A stretch of 64,000 nt of DNA. Source: an uncultured Oscillospiraceae bacterium. Lineage in GTDB: Bacteria; Bacillota; Clostridia; Oscillospirales; Oscillospiraceae. A program made the translations under genes and the position numbers. Positions 31,207 to 40,734 of the stretch are shown here, piece after piece (the first letter of the stretch is position 1; each line of letters starts with the position of its first letter). A model generated the notes under the pieces. It worked only from the letters and a program-made list of their open reading frames with translations, ran no database searches and had not been told where the DNA came from. Location of the stretch: positions 5,678-69,677 of the forward strand of contig CATNCS010000005.1 of assembly GCA_950097245.1 (NCBI GenBank), written 5' to 3'.

Positions 31207-32853
31207 ATGCGTAAAAGTATTAAGAGAACGGTATTTATTCGTGTCGTTGCGGCGCTGATGTCTATTCTGCTGTTCAGCGGAGTGACGACCTTTAACCTGC
31301 TGCGGATCAAGGGCATGCAGGTGAATAACGCCGAGACTGCGGCTGTGCTGAACCGGGCCCAGTCCGCCGAGGCCGCCCACTACCGCTGGGCGCTGAACCT
31401 GAGCAATGCCCTGTATGCCGGGGGCCAGTTCCCCGGAACCGACGACACCCAGTGTGTCCTGGGCCAGTGGATCTACGGGGAGGCCGGCACAGATGACGAG
31501 ACGATCCTGGCCCTGCGCAAGGAGATCCAGCCCCTGCACAAGCAGCTGCACCAGTCCGTGGGAGAGGTGCAGTCGCTGATGAGCGCCAGCCCTGCGCGGG
31601 CACAGCAGTATTATCAGGATACCATCCAGTCCAACCTGACCACCCTGGTGGGCAAGCTGGACAAGGTGATTGAGCGGGCAACCAGTCTGTCTGAGGAGAG
31701 CACCGAGCAGATGCGCACCACCATTGTGCTGATGGAGGTGATTACCGGTGTCTGCCTGGTGCTGGCCCTGTTCTGCCTGATCAGCCTGGTGCTCTATGTG
31801 CTGAAGAATGTGCTGGCTCCCATTCTGCACATCACCCGGCAGGTCCAGCCGCTCCACGACGGCCGCCTGGATCTGGCGCTGGACCACAAGACCGACGACG
31901 AGCTGGGCGACCTGGCCGGCACGCTGGAGAAGGCCATGGAGCTGATCCGGGGCTACATCTGGGATCTGAACCGGATTATGGAGCAGCTGGCCGGCGGCAA
32001 TTTCGACGTGAAAACGGCCACCCCCTTTATCGGCGACTTCCGCTCCATTGAGGAGTCTATCGACGCGCTTACCACCCGGCTGTCCGCCACCATCGACAAT
32101 ATCTGCCAGGCCCAGAACCGGGTGTCCGGCAATGCGGAGCATCTGTCCAGCGGTGCCCAGAGCCTGGCCCAGGGCGCAACCGAGCAGGCCAGCGCCGTGG
32201 AGGAGCTGTACGCCACCCTGGACACTCTGTCTCAGAACGCGTCTCAGAATGTGTCCGCCGCCGCCGAGGCCCAGGAGAACGCCCGTCTCACCGGCGAGCA
32301 GGTGACCATCAGCGGCCGGCAGATGCAGGATATGGTGGCCGCTATGAAGGATATCACCGAGGCCTCCCAGCAGATTGAGAAGATTATCGCCACCATTGAG
32401 AACATCGCCTTCCAGACCAATATCCTGGCCCTGAACGCCGCCGTGGAGGCCGCCCGGGCGGGGGCCGCCGGCAAGGGCTTTGCCGTGGTGGCCGACGAGG
32501 TGCGCAACCTGGCCTCCAAGTCCGATGAGGCGGCCAAGGCCACCAAGGGTCTGATCGAGAACTCTGTCCAGGCCACCGAGCGGGGCAGCCATATTGTGGA
32601 CGAGGTCTCCGATACGCTGAACAAGACGCTGGAGCTGGTTACCCGCTCCAACGAGGCCATCGGCGTGATCGCCCGGGCCGTGCAGAGCGACGCCGAGGCT
32701 ATCGCCCAGGTGACCGAGGGCATCGGCCAGATCTCCTCTGTGGTCCAGAGCAACTCCGCCAGTAGCGAGGAGTCCGCCGCCGTCAGCGCCGAGCTCTTTA
32801 CCCAGGTGCAGCGGATGGAGGAGCAGACCAGGCGCTTCAAGCTGAAGGCCTGA
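31207..32853 (+). CDS. Methyl-accepting chemotaxis protein with CZB-like sensor domain
   Basis: TM1, HYRW / CVLGQW / HKQLH zinc-ligand motifs, TM2, [24 protein letters not shown]; alternative start at 31192. Confidence 0.9.
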   Translation: MRKSIKRTVFIRVVAALMSILLFSGVTTFNLLRIKGMQVNNAETAAVLNRAQSAEAAHYRWALNLSNALYAGGQFPGTDDTQCVLGQWIYGEAGTDDETILALRKEIQPLHKQLHQSVGEVQSLMSASPARAQQYYQDTIQSNLTTLVGKLDKVIERATSLSEESTEQMRTTIVLMEVITGVCLVLALFCLISLVLYVLKNVLAPILHITRQVQPLHDGRLDLALDHKTDDELGDLAGTLEKAMELIRGYIWDLNRIMEQLAGGNFDVKTATPFIGDFRSIEESIDALTTRLSATIDNICQAQNRVSGNAEHLSSGAQSLAQGATEQASAVEELYATLDTLSQNASQNVSAAAEAQENARLTGEQVTISGRQMQDMVAAMKDITEASQQIEKIIATIENIAFQTNILALNAAVEAARAGAAGKGFAVVADEVRNLASKSDEAAKATKGLIENSVQATERGSHIVDEVSDTLNKTLELVTRSNEAIGVIARAVQSDAEAIAQVTEGIGQISSVVQSNSASSEESAAVSAELFTQVQRMEEQTRRFKLKA

Positions 32854-32875
32854 TTGATTTCAAAATGTCCAACAG

Positions 32876-32905
32876 GGGGATGGACGGCAGCTGCCGTCCA
32901 TCCCC
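32876..32905 (+). terminator. Terminator after the MCP gene
   Basis: Perfect 30-bp palindrome GGGGATGGACGGCAGCTGCCGTCCATCCCC followed by TTT. Confidence 0.8.
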
Positions 32906-32915
32906 TTTCCTGTTC

Positions 32916-32942
32916 TGCAACCCTTTTGGGAAAAACCGTACT
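32916..32942 (+). promoter_or_regulatory. ECF-type promoter upstream of ECF sigma 1
   Basis: TGCAAC-N15-CGTACT, similar to the SigW/SigV-type TGAAAC...CGT consensus. Confidence 0.55.
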
Positions 32943-32986
32943 GATAAGGTGAAAGCGCTTTTCAAAACTGAAAAGAGAGGCCTGAT

Positions 32987-33544
32987 ATGGAAGACAGACA
33001 GATTATAGAGCTGTACTGGGAGCGGGCGGAGGAGGCCATCCGGGAGACAGACGCGAAATACGGCCGGCTGTGCCGGTACATCGCCCAGAATATCCTGGCC
33101 AGCCGGGAGGACAGCGAGGAGTGCGTCAACGACACCTGGCTGGGGCTGTGGAACGCCATCCCGCCCCAGCGGCCCAGCCGGTTTTCCGCCTTTGTGGGGC
33201 GGATCGCCCGCAACCTGGCGCTGAAACGGTTTGACTATCTCACTGCGGCAAAACGAAACGCGGAGGCGGTCTGTTCCCTGGAGGAGCTGGGGGACTGCGT
33301 CTCGGGGAGGGCCAGCGTGGAGGACGAGCTGGAAAACCGGCGGATGGAGGAGGCCATCGACACCTTCCTCTGGTCCCTGGGGGAGGAGAAGCGGACGGTC
33401 TTCATCCGCCGCTACTGGTACTTCGACTCCATCGACGTTATCTGCCGCCGCACCGGCTATTCCCGGAGCAAGGTGAAGTCCATGCTCTACCACACCCGCC
33501 AGAAGCTGCGGGACTATTTGGAAAGCGAGGGATTTGAACTGTGA
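32987..33544 (+). CDS. ECF sigma factor 1
   Basis: Region 2 (DSEECVNDTW, GRIARNLAL) and region 4 (VKSMLYHTR); 185 aa. Confidence 0.92.
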   Translation: MEDRQIIELYWERAEEAIRETDAKYGRLCRYIAQNILASREDSEECVNDTWLGLWNAIPPQRPSRFSAFVGRIARNLALKRFDYLTAAKRNAEAVCSLEELGDCVSGRASVEDELENRRMEEAIDTFLWSLGEEKRTVFIRRYWYFDSIDVICRRTGYSRSKVKSMLYHTRQKLRDYLESEGFEL

Positions 33545-34122
33545 ACGAGAGACAATTTGCCGACCGTATCGGCAACATCGACGGCCAGCTGGTGGAGGAG
33601 GCGCGATACCGCAGGCGAAACAGGGGAGGTGGCTTGCGCCGCTTTCTGGCAGCGGCGGCGGTGCTGGCCCTGATGGCGGTCAGCTTCACCGTGGGGGCGC
33701 TGGCCTTCAGCCGGGAGGTCCCGGTAGAACAGGAGACCATTGAGCTGCCCGGCGTTGGGCTGAAGCTTGTCCTGCCGGACAGCTGGAAAGGACGTTACAG
33801 AGTTGTCATGGATGAGGATACGCTGGGGTGCGATGTCTATGTCAAGTCGATCTATGAGCAGGAGGGGGAGTGGGCTGAGGCTGGGCTCCTGTTCGGGGTG
33901 TATAAGGAGTATGATTACCCTCTGAGCCAAAAGGAGATCGACGAGCTTACCCCTGCCTCCAACTGGCATTTCTTTTCCACACCGGACGCGACTTATGTTA
34001 TCTCCTATGCCGGAGATGTCCAGTGGGACCCCAGCGATCCGGAACAGGAACAGGTATTCCGTCAGATGCGGGCTGAAATTGACCAGATTCGTTTTCTTGT
34101 AGATGGTATTCCGGTGCATTAG
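33541..34122 (+). CDS. Membrane-anchored anti-sigma factor candidate A
   Basis: GTGA overlap with the sigma stop; short cytoplasmic N-terminus (IGNIDGQLVEEA), one TM, extracellular domain. Confidence 0.75.
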   Translation: MNERQFADRIGNIDGQLVEEARYRRRNRGGGLRRFLAAAAVLALMAVSFTVGALAFSREVPVEQETIELPGVGLKLVLPDSWKGRYRVVMDEDTLGCDVYVKSIYEQEGEWAEAGLLFGVYKEYDYPLSQKEIDELTPASNWHFFSTPDATYVISYAGDVQWDPSDPEQEQVFRQMRAEIDQIRFLVDGIPVH

Positions 34123-34153
34123 CTGTGTGATTTGGGAAGAGAGGTATCTAGCG

Positions 34154-34678
34154 ATGGAAAAGAGAAAAGTTTACAGACAGGCTGGAATCGGGGGCTTCCG
34201 CCGGTTTCTGGCCGCGGCGGCGGTGCTGGCCCTGATGGCCGCCAGCTTTACTGTGGGGGCACTGGCCTTCAGCCGGGAGGTCCCGGTAGAACAGGAGACC
34301 ATTGAGCTGCCCGGCATTGGCCTGACGCTCATTCTCCCGGACAGCTGGAAGGGGCGTTATGAGGTGGAGAAGGATGAGGGTGAATCCTGGTGCAGGGTCT
34401 ACGCCAGGTCAGTCCTGGAAAAAAACCCGGAATGGGGAGGGGCGCTGTTCTATGTGGACAGGTCCTATGACAGACCCATGACGCCCGAAGAGTTGAATGA
34501 GATTTCTCCGATAGCCTGCCGGTACCTGTTCTCCACAGCAGGAGGCACCTACAGCATGAATTACGCCAGCGATGTCCAGTGGGACCTGGAAGACCCGGAG
34601 CAGGAGCGGGAATATCGTCAAATGCAGGAAGAAATCAGCCAGATACGCTTTCTGGTGGACGGCGTTCTGTCGGACTGA
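34154..34678 (+). CDS. Tandem paralog B of the anti-sigma candidate, lacking the N-terminal segment
   Basis: Shares the TM-linker (RRFLAAAAVLALMA...LPDSWKGRY) and C-terminal DVQWD..DPEQE..QIRFLVDG with A; GAGGT RBS before ATG 34154. Confidence 0.75.
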   Translation: MEKRKVYRQAGIGGFRRFLAAAAVLALMAASFTVGALAFSREVPVEQETIELPGIGLTLILPDSWKGRYEVEKDEGESWCRVYARSVLEKNPEWGGALFYVDRSYDRPMTPEELNEISPIACRYLFSTAGGTYSMNYASDVQWDLEDPEQEREYRQMQEEISQIRFLVDGVLSD

Positions 34679-34687
34679 CCTAAAAAT

Positions 34688-34716
34688 ACCCGGATTCTCG
34701 ATAAGAGAATCCGGGT
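34688..34716. terminator. Bidirectional terminator-like hairpin
   Basis: ACCCGGATTCTC-GATAA-GAGAATCCGGGT between convergent genes. Confidence 0.8.
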
Positions 34717-34719
34717 GCT

Positions 34720-35313
34720 TTAGTACTCAAAAGTATAGGTTTCATAGGCGTTGATGACCTGAGTATCCCTGTAGGAGGACAGCCTGGGCACGTCCTGGCC
34801 GTAGTTCATATGAATGTGACCGTGGACGAAGTAGCGGGGCTTGTATTTGTCCATCAGGCCGTTGAAGGCGTCGAAGCCCGTGTGGCACAGGTCCTCGCCG
34901 TCGTTAAGCCCCAGGGCGGGGGCGTGGGAGAGCAGGATGTCGAACCCGCCCTGACGGAACAAATCCAGCCTGCGCCTCCGCACCCGGCGGTCCATCTGCC
35001 GCTGGGTGTACTGGTGGTCGCCGCTCTGCTTGTAGCGCAGGGAGCCGCCCAGGCCCAGAATACGGACGCCCTGGTAGGTATACAGCTGATCCTCAATACA
35101 GATGCAGCCCTCCGGAGGCGTCCGGGCGTACCGGTCGTCGTGGTTGCCGTGGACATAGAGCACCGGGGCGTGGGCGAAGGTGACAATGAAGGACAGGTAT
35201 CGGGGGTCCAGGTCGCCGCAGGAGAGAATCAGGTCGATTCCCTCCAGCCGGCGCCGGTCAAAGTAATCCCACAGCCAGGGCGACTCATGGTCGGACAACG
35301 CCAAAATCCTCAT
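34720..35313 (-). CDS. Calcineurin-like metallophosphoesterase
   Basis: SD, CGDL, GNHD, SHAP, HGHIH motifs. Confidence 0.88.
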   Translation of the reverse strand: MRILALSDHESPWLWDYFDRRRLEGIDLILSCGDLDPRYLSFIVTFAHAPVLYVHGNHDDRYARTPPEGCICIEDQLYTYQGVRILGLGGSLRYKQSGDHQYTQRQMDRRVRRRRLDLFRQGGFDILLSHAPALGLNDGEDLCHTGFDAFNGLMDKYKPRYFVHGHIHMNYGQDVPRLSSYRDTQVINAYETYTFEY

Positions 35314-36137
35314 CGGCTCAGCAGTCCTTTCAGCGGGTTCAGGCCCTGGCTTTTTTTCACGGAGAAGGCCTTGTGGAGCTGGAGGAACCCGTCCTTCAGG
35401 TCGGACTGGGTAAAGGCCTTCACCTGTTCATAGCCGAAAAATTCCAGATAGAGCAGCAGGGCGTCGGCCACGGTGAGGCGGGTGGACAGCTCCTTGGCGT
35501 CCTTGTCTCCGTAGAGGGAGGAGAAGCGGGTGTAAAAGCTGAAGAATTTCCGCCGTTCCTCCTCGGTCCAGGCCTCATTCGGGGCCTTGCCCACCGCCTC
35601 CTGGAGGCGGGCGAAGCGGCCTGTGCCGCTGAACCAGAGGTAGTTGATTTTAGACAGGTTGTAGAAGTCCACAAACTCGTAGTAGATGTTGCTGGCCTTG
35701 GAGCCGTCCTTGGCGGGGAGGATACGAGTGACCTCGGCGGGGATGCTCACCGCGCCGAAGTACCGCAGAACGCTGACCCGCTTATGGCCCTCCACCACGT
35801 AGAAGGTGTGCATATACTCGTAGACCTTGATGGGATCGGTAATGCCCTCTTCCATGTGGGCCTTGCACAGGGCGGCCCATTTGAAGGAGAATTCTGAGTT
35901 CTCGTCCATCAGGGGGAGAAAGGAGTGGGAGAAGGCTTTGCTCCGTCCGGCGGAGCGGGTGCCCACGATAAGCTCAATGGGAATCTCCACCAGGCCCAGG
36001 TCGACCTCCCCGCAGGTGGTCTCCTCGGCCAGAATCTCGTCCAGTACAGGCAGGTAGGGGGAGCAGCCTCTGGCCTGAGAGCGTTTGGCCTCCTTCAAGC
36101 CCATCTGATAGGCCTTGCGATATTCTTCTGAGTACAT
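35310..36137 (-). CDS. ParB/Srx-like domain protein of unknown function
   Basis: PIKVYEY...FYVVEGHKRVSV ParB-like motif; GGAGG RBS at 36137; ATGA overlap with the phosphoesterase. Confidence 0.7.
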   Translation of the reverse strand: MYSEEYRKAYQMGLKEAKRSQARGCSPYLPVLDEILAEETTCGEVDLGLVEIPIELIVGTRSAGRSKAFSHSFLPLMDENSEFSFKWAALCKAHMEEGITDPIKVYEYMHTFYVVEGHKRVSVLRYFGAVSIPAEVTRILPAKDGSKASNIYYEFVDFYNLSKINYLWFSGTGRFARLQEAVGKAPNEAWTEEERRKFFSFYTRFSSLYGDKDAKELSTRLTVADALLLYLEFFGYEQVKAFTQSDLKDGFLQLHKAFSVKKSQGLNPLKGLLSR

Positions 36138-36255
36138 AGAAATACCTCCGTGCAGCTGAAGAATGTTCAGTTTTGCAGTATAACACAGGAGGAGAGGCCG
36201 CGCAAGGGGAAATACCAACAAAGCGAAAGAGGATGGGACATTATTCTTCTCAGGC

Positions 36256-36284
36256 TTGCGAAAAGAGGAAAGATGTATTATAAT
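36256..36284 (+). promoter_or_regulatory. Sigma-A promoter of glsA
   Basis: TTGCGA-N17-TATAAT. Confidence 0.7.
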
Positions 36285-36338
36285 AATTGTGACAAAATAT
36301 TTGCGGCTAACCGCAGAATCTTTAGGAGGAAAAACAAA

Positions 36339-37259
36339 ATGAAGCCTGAGCTGATTCAATGCGCGTTATCCCATGGCCGGCGGTTTGTCCGGTACGGAAA
36401 ACCGGCCAGCTATATCCCGGAGCTGGCCTCCAAGAATCCCTCGAAGCTGGGGATTGCGGTGTGTGATATGGAGGGAAATATGCTCACGGCAGGGGACTGT
36501 GAGGATAAGTTCACCATGCAGAGCATCTCAAAGGTGATCGCCCTGATCCTGGCCCTGGAACAGAACGGCTTTGACAACGTGTTCTCCAAGGTGGGGCTGG
36601 AGCCCACCGGCGATTCCTTCAACTCCATGGTCCGCCTGGACCACCTGATTAACAACAAGCCCTTCAACCCCATGATAAACGCCGGGGCCATCGCCGTGGC
36701 CAGCACCATCCGGGGGTGTACGCTGGAGGAGCGCAAGGAGGTCAGCCTGGCCTGCGCCCGAAAGCTCACCGGCAACCCGGACCTGGGGGTGGACTACGAG
36801 GTGTTTCTGTCCGAGTCGGAGACAGGCTTTAAAAACCGGGCCATTATCTACCTGATGCGGTCCAACGGCATCATTGAGGGCAACTGCGAGGAGCACCTGG
36901 AGCTGTATTTCATGCTGTGCTCCCTGGCGTGCAGCTGCAAGGACCTGGCGTTTTTCGCCGCCACCCTGGCCAACAACGGCATCAGCCCTGTGACGGGGGA
37001 GCGGCTCATCCAGCCCAGAGTGGTGCGGCTGGTGCGGTCGCTGATGGTCACCTGCGGGATGTACGACTATTCGGGGGAGTTTGCCGCCACAGTGGGCATG
37101 CCATCCAAGAGCGGCGTGGGGGGCGGCATCATCTCCTGCGCCATCGGCCAGTACGGCATCGCCACCTACGGCCCCTCTCTGGACGACAAGGGCAACAGCA
37201 TCGGCGGGCTGAAGATTATGGAGTACTTATCTGACAACATGGGGCTGAGCATATTCTAG
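36339..37259 (+). CDS. glsA: Glutaminase
   Basis: YIPELA, FTMQSISK catalytic SxxK, NPMINAGAI, TCGMYDYSG, KSGVGGGI. Confidence 0.96.
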   Translation: MKPELIQCALSHGRRFVRYGKPASYIPELASKNPSKLGIAVCDMEGNMLTAGDCEDKFTMQSISKVIALILALEQNGFDNVFSKVGLEPTGDSFNSMVRLDHLINNKPFNPMINAGAIAVASTIRGCTLEERKEVSLACARKLTGNPDLGVDYEVFLSESETGFKNRAIIYLMRSNGIIEGNCEEHLELYFMLCSLACSCKDLAFFAATLANNGISPVTGERLIQPRVVRLVRSLMVTCGMYDYSGEFAATVGMPSKSGVGGGIISCAIGQYGIATYGPSLDDKGNSIGGLKIMEYLSDNMGLSIF

Positions 37260-37476
37260 GCTCAGGGCGGCCCCCGGGCCGCCCTGAGGTCTCAATGACC
37301 CCACAATGTCGCAAAATCTACGGATTTTGCGGCATTTTTATTGAATTTACCATTGCTTTTTCCGGGAACTGTGATATAATAGCCGAAACATCTGGCATAT
37401 TATCCCATTCCGGCGGCAGGAGCGCCAAAAACGGCCGGCTCCTCCGCGGCGAGGGCCTGAAAGGAAGGGTTCCCCT

Positions 37477-38334
37477 GTGGACGATTTCTCCTTCTCTATT
37501 TTTCCCAACGAAAACTTTTTGGATCTGCGGCTGTACCAGTACGGCTGGGAGCAGTGCGCCCCTCTGCACTCCTTTGGCCCCTTCGTGCGCAACCACTATC
37601 TGTTCCACTATGTGATCTCCGGGCAGGGACAGCTGGATGCCGCAGACGAAAACGGAGTGGACCACAGGTATAAAATCGGCCCGGGACAGGGTTTTATGTT
37701 GTTCCCCGGACAGGTTACCACCTACAGCGCCCATAAAAGCGACCCCTGGAGATACACCTGGCTGGAATTCGACGGCCTGCGGGTGGCGGAGTATGTGGAT
37801 CTGGCGGGGCTGAGCCCGGGGCAGCCCATCTACCACCCCCAGAGCCCCGAACAGGGACAGGCGGTGGGGGACACTATGGTCTACATCTCCAGGCACTCGG
37901 ACCAGTCCCCCCTCCACCTGGTGGGCCACCTGTGCCTGTTTCTGGATGGTCTCATCCAGAGCTCAGCCACCCGCCGTGAGCTCCACGGCGGGTGGCTGAA
38001 GGACTTCTATATCCAGGAGGCCATCAATTTTATGGAGCGCAACTATCCCCGGGAGATTACCGTGGAGGAGGTGGCCGATGTCTGCAAGCTGAACCGCAGC
38101 TACTTCAGCAAAATATTTAAGGAGAACATGGGCTGTCCGCCCCAGGAGTTTCTCATCCGCCTGCGGCTGACCAAGGCGGCGGATCTGATGAAGGGCACCG
38201 GCAGCTCCATCGGCGCTATTGCCGCCCAGTGCGGCTACCCCAACCAGCTCCACTTCTCCCGGGCCTTCCGAAAGCGCTACGGCCTGTCCCCCAGGGAGTG
38301 GCGGGCGCAGAATCAGATCAAGAGAAAGCGGTGA
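37477..38334 (+). CDS. AraC-family regulator (MsmR/RafR-like)
   Basis: Cupin-type N-terminus (GWEQC.P.HSFGP..RNHYLFH) and C-terminal double HTH (GY..QLHFSRAF). Confidence 0.92.
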   Translation: MDDFSFSIFPNENFLDLRLYQYGWEQCAPLHSFGPFVRNHYLFHYVISGQGQLDAADENGVDHRYKIGPGQGFMLFPGQVTTYSAHKSDPWRYTWLEFDGLRVAEYVDLAGLSPGQPIYHPQSPEQGQAVGDTMVYISRHSDQSPLHLVGHLCLFLDGLIQSSATRRELHGGWLKDFYIQEAINFMERNYPREITVEEVADVCKLNRSYFSKIFKENMGCPPQEFLIRLRLTKAADLMKGTGSSIGAIAAQCGYPNQLHFSRAFRKRYGLSPREWRAQNQIKRKR

Positions 38335-38356
38335 CCGTCAGGCCACCGCTTTTGCA

Positions 38357-40546
38357 TTATTCCGCTGCGGAAAGATAGAGCTGCAGGGACTGGTAGTCCC
38401 CCTGGAGTACGGGCAGGGGGTAGCCGGCGTTCATGAGCACGTCGCCGGGGTAGGCGCCCTGGCCGTTGACTGAGTAGGACAGCTGGGGGTCCAGGCCCTT
38501 GAGGAGCAGGGTGCGGAAGGGTGGGGCGGCGTGGACGGTGCCGGACACCAGGGACACCAGAGCCTCCCGGCGGTCGGGGGAGACTTGCTCCCAGGCGGTA
38601 TAGGGACCGTTGGCGAAGGGGTCGGTGAGGCGGTAGTAGTCCCCCCGCTGGATCAGGTCGTAGTGCTCCTTGAAGAAGGCCACCTGCCGTCTGATGGCCT
38701 CCCTCTCCTCCGGGGAGGTTTTGCGCAGGTCCATCTCGTAGCCGAAGGTGCCCGACATAGCCACGGTGGCCCGGGCTTCAATGGAGGTAATCCGCCCGTT
38801 CTCCTCGTTGGGCACGGCGGAGACGTGGGCGCCCATAGCGGAGACGGGGTAGCAGAAGGAGGTGCCGTACTGGATGCCCAGCCGGTCGATGGCGTCGGTG
38901 TTGTCGCTGCACCAGATCTGGGGGGTATAGTAGAGCATCCCGGCGTCAAAGCGGCCGCCGCCGCCGGCGCAGCCCTCAATGAGAATGTGGGGGAAGTCCC
39001 GGCGGAGCTGGTCCAGCAGCTCGTATACCCCCAGAACATACCGGTGGAAGACCTCCCCCTGCCGGCCGGCGGGCAGGGAGGCGGACCACACGTCGGACAG
39101 ACTGCGGTTCATGTCCCACTTGACATAGGAGATATCGGCGCTGGAGAGGACGGCCTTAATCTGTCCGTAGACGTGCCGGCGCACATCGGAGCGGGAGAAG
39201 TCCAGTACCAGCTGGTTGCGGCCCCGGGCGGGGGCCCGGCCGGGGATGCGCAGCACCCAGTCGGGGTGCTCCCGGTAGAGCTGGCTGTCCTCGTTGACCA
39301 TCTCGGGCTCAATCCAGATGCCAAAGGACATGCCAAGCGCCTGAATGCGGGGCACCAGGGCCTCCAGTCCCCCGGGGAGCTTCTTCTGGTTGACCACCCA
39401 GTCTCCCAGGCCGCTGTTGTCGTCGTCCCGCCGGCCGAACCAGCCGTCGTCCATCACCAGCAGCTCGATGCCCAGGGGGGCGGCGGTCCGGGCGAAGTCC
39501 ACCAGGGTGTCGGCGTCGAAATCGAAGTAGGTGGCCTCCCAGTTATTGATGAGCACCGGGCGGCGCTTTCCCTGGCAGGGGTCCTGAATCAGGTGCTCCC
39601 GGATGGCCCGGTGGTACTGCCGGCTCATCTGGCCCAGGCCGGCGGGGGAACAGACCAGCGCCGCCTCGGGGGAGGTGAAGCTCTGCCCGGGCTCCAGGGT
39701 CCAGCAGAATTGATAGGGGTTGATGCCCATAACCAGCCGGGCGCTGTCGTACTGACTGCGCTCCACCTGGGCCTCAAAGCTGCCGCTGTACAGCAGCATG
39801 GCCCCGCAGCACAGGCCGTAGTCCTCGTTGGCGTCCCGGTCGCAGAGAACTACAAAGGGGTTGTGCTGGTGGCTGGAGGTTCCCCGGACGCTGCCCACCC
39901 CCTGGATACCGGGGCGCAGAGGGGCCCGGTCGGGGGAGCGCTCCATCATGTGGCAGCCGTCAAAGGTGATCAGGTCCAGATCGGACCGGAGGAGGTCCAG
40001 GCACAGGGAGGCGCACTGGCGCAGGCGTACCGCCTCGGTCCCCTGATTGACCACCCGGACGGCCCGGGTAATCAGGTCGTACTCGGGAAAGACGCCGTAG
40101 TACAGCTCCACCCTGACCTGGGCGGCAGTGTCCTCCAGAAAGAGGACCAGGGTTTCAGCGTCTCTGTCCGTCCCGCGGAAGGCGGGCAGGCCCTCCAGGG
40201 CATACTTTCCCTGGCGCAGCTCACAGCCGGTATAGCGCAGGTCCGCCGAACAGCTGCCGCAGGGCAGCTCCAGCTCCAGGGAGGGGAGGCGGTAGTCCCC
40301 CGTGCCGCAGGTGGAGTACTCCTGAGGGATGGTGTTCAGTGAGTAGGTCCGGTCCGGCCCCGCCTCCACCGGATTGGGGGCGCAGGCCCGGTCGGCGTAC
40401 CGAACGAGGTAGGACAGGTCGCCGCCGGCGACCCGGGGGCCGTAGTAGGTATGGGTCAGCACATGATACCGGTCGGCCTTCATCTGATAAGTGGTGTTTT
40501 GGGTGTGCAGAGTAAAAACTCTGTTTTCCTTGTCGAGCACAATCAT
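38357..40546 (-). CDS. GH36 alpha-galactosidase
   Basis: NNWEATYFDF, VMDDGWFG, FGIWIEPEM, YVKWDMNR, WCSDNTD. Confidence 0.95.
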   Translation of the reverse strand: MIVLDKENRVFTLHTQNTTYQMKADRYHVLTHTYYGPRVAGGDLSYLVRYADRACAPNPVEAGPDRTYSLNTIPQEYSTCGTGDYRLPSLELELPCGSCSADLRYTGCELRQGKYALEGLPAFRGTDRDAETLVLFLEDTAAQVRVELYYGVFPEYDLITRAVRVVNQGTEAVRLRQCASLCLDLLRSDLDLITFDGCHMMERSPDRAPLRPGIQGVGSVRGTSSHQHNPFVVLCDRDANEDYGLCCGAMLLYSGSFEAQVERSQYDSARLVMGINPYQFCWTLEPGQSFTSPEAALVCSPAGLGQMSRQYHRAIREHLIQDPCQGKRRPVLINNWEATYFDFDADTLVDFARTAAPLGIELLVMDDGWFGRRDDDNSGLGDWVVNQKKLPGGLEALVPRIQALGMSFGIWIEPEMVNEDSQLYREHPDWVLRIPGRAPARGRNQLVLDFSRSDVRRHVYGQIKAVLSSADISYVKWDMNRSLSDVWSASLPAGRQGEVFHRYVLGVYELLDQLRRDFPHILIEGCAGGGGRFDAGMLYYTPQIWCSDNTDAIDRLGIQYGTSFCYPVSAMGAHVSAVPNEENGRITSIEARATVAMSGTFGYEMDLRKTSPEEREAIRRQVAFFKEHYDLIQRGDYYRLTDPFANGPYTAWEQVSPDRREALVSLVSGTVHAAPPFRTLLLKGLDPQLSYSVNGQGAYPGDVLMNAGYPLPVLQGDYQSLQLYLSAAE

Positions 40547-40734
40547 AGGGAACCCCCCTGAAAAAGATTTATCGGGCTGATTGTACGGGATTTTTCCTGG
40601 AGAGGCAAGTGCGAACCGTAAAAAAGTTTTACAAATTGCCGCCCGGTCTCCACCGGAAAATCGTTGCTTTTAGGGGAACAGCCCCGGCACCTGTAAAAAT
40701 GTCGGGGCTGTTTCCAAAAGAAGAAGGAGAAAGC

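Noticed and set aside
32876-32905. Perfect 30-bp palindrome as a recombination or mobile-element site
   Set aside because: Its position after the MCP stop and trailing T residues are fully explained by an intrinsic terminator.
32950-32964. cre (CcpA) site upstream of ECF sigma 1 (TGAAAGCGCTTTTCA)
   Set aside because: One base too long for the 14-bp consensus, so the terminal CA is out of register; not supportable without footprinting.
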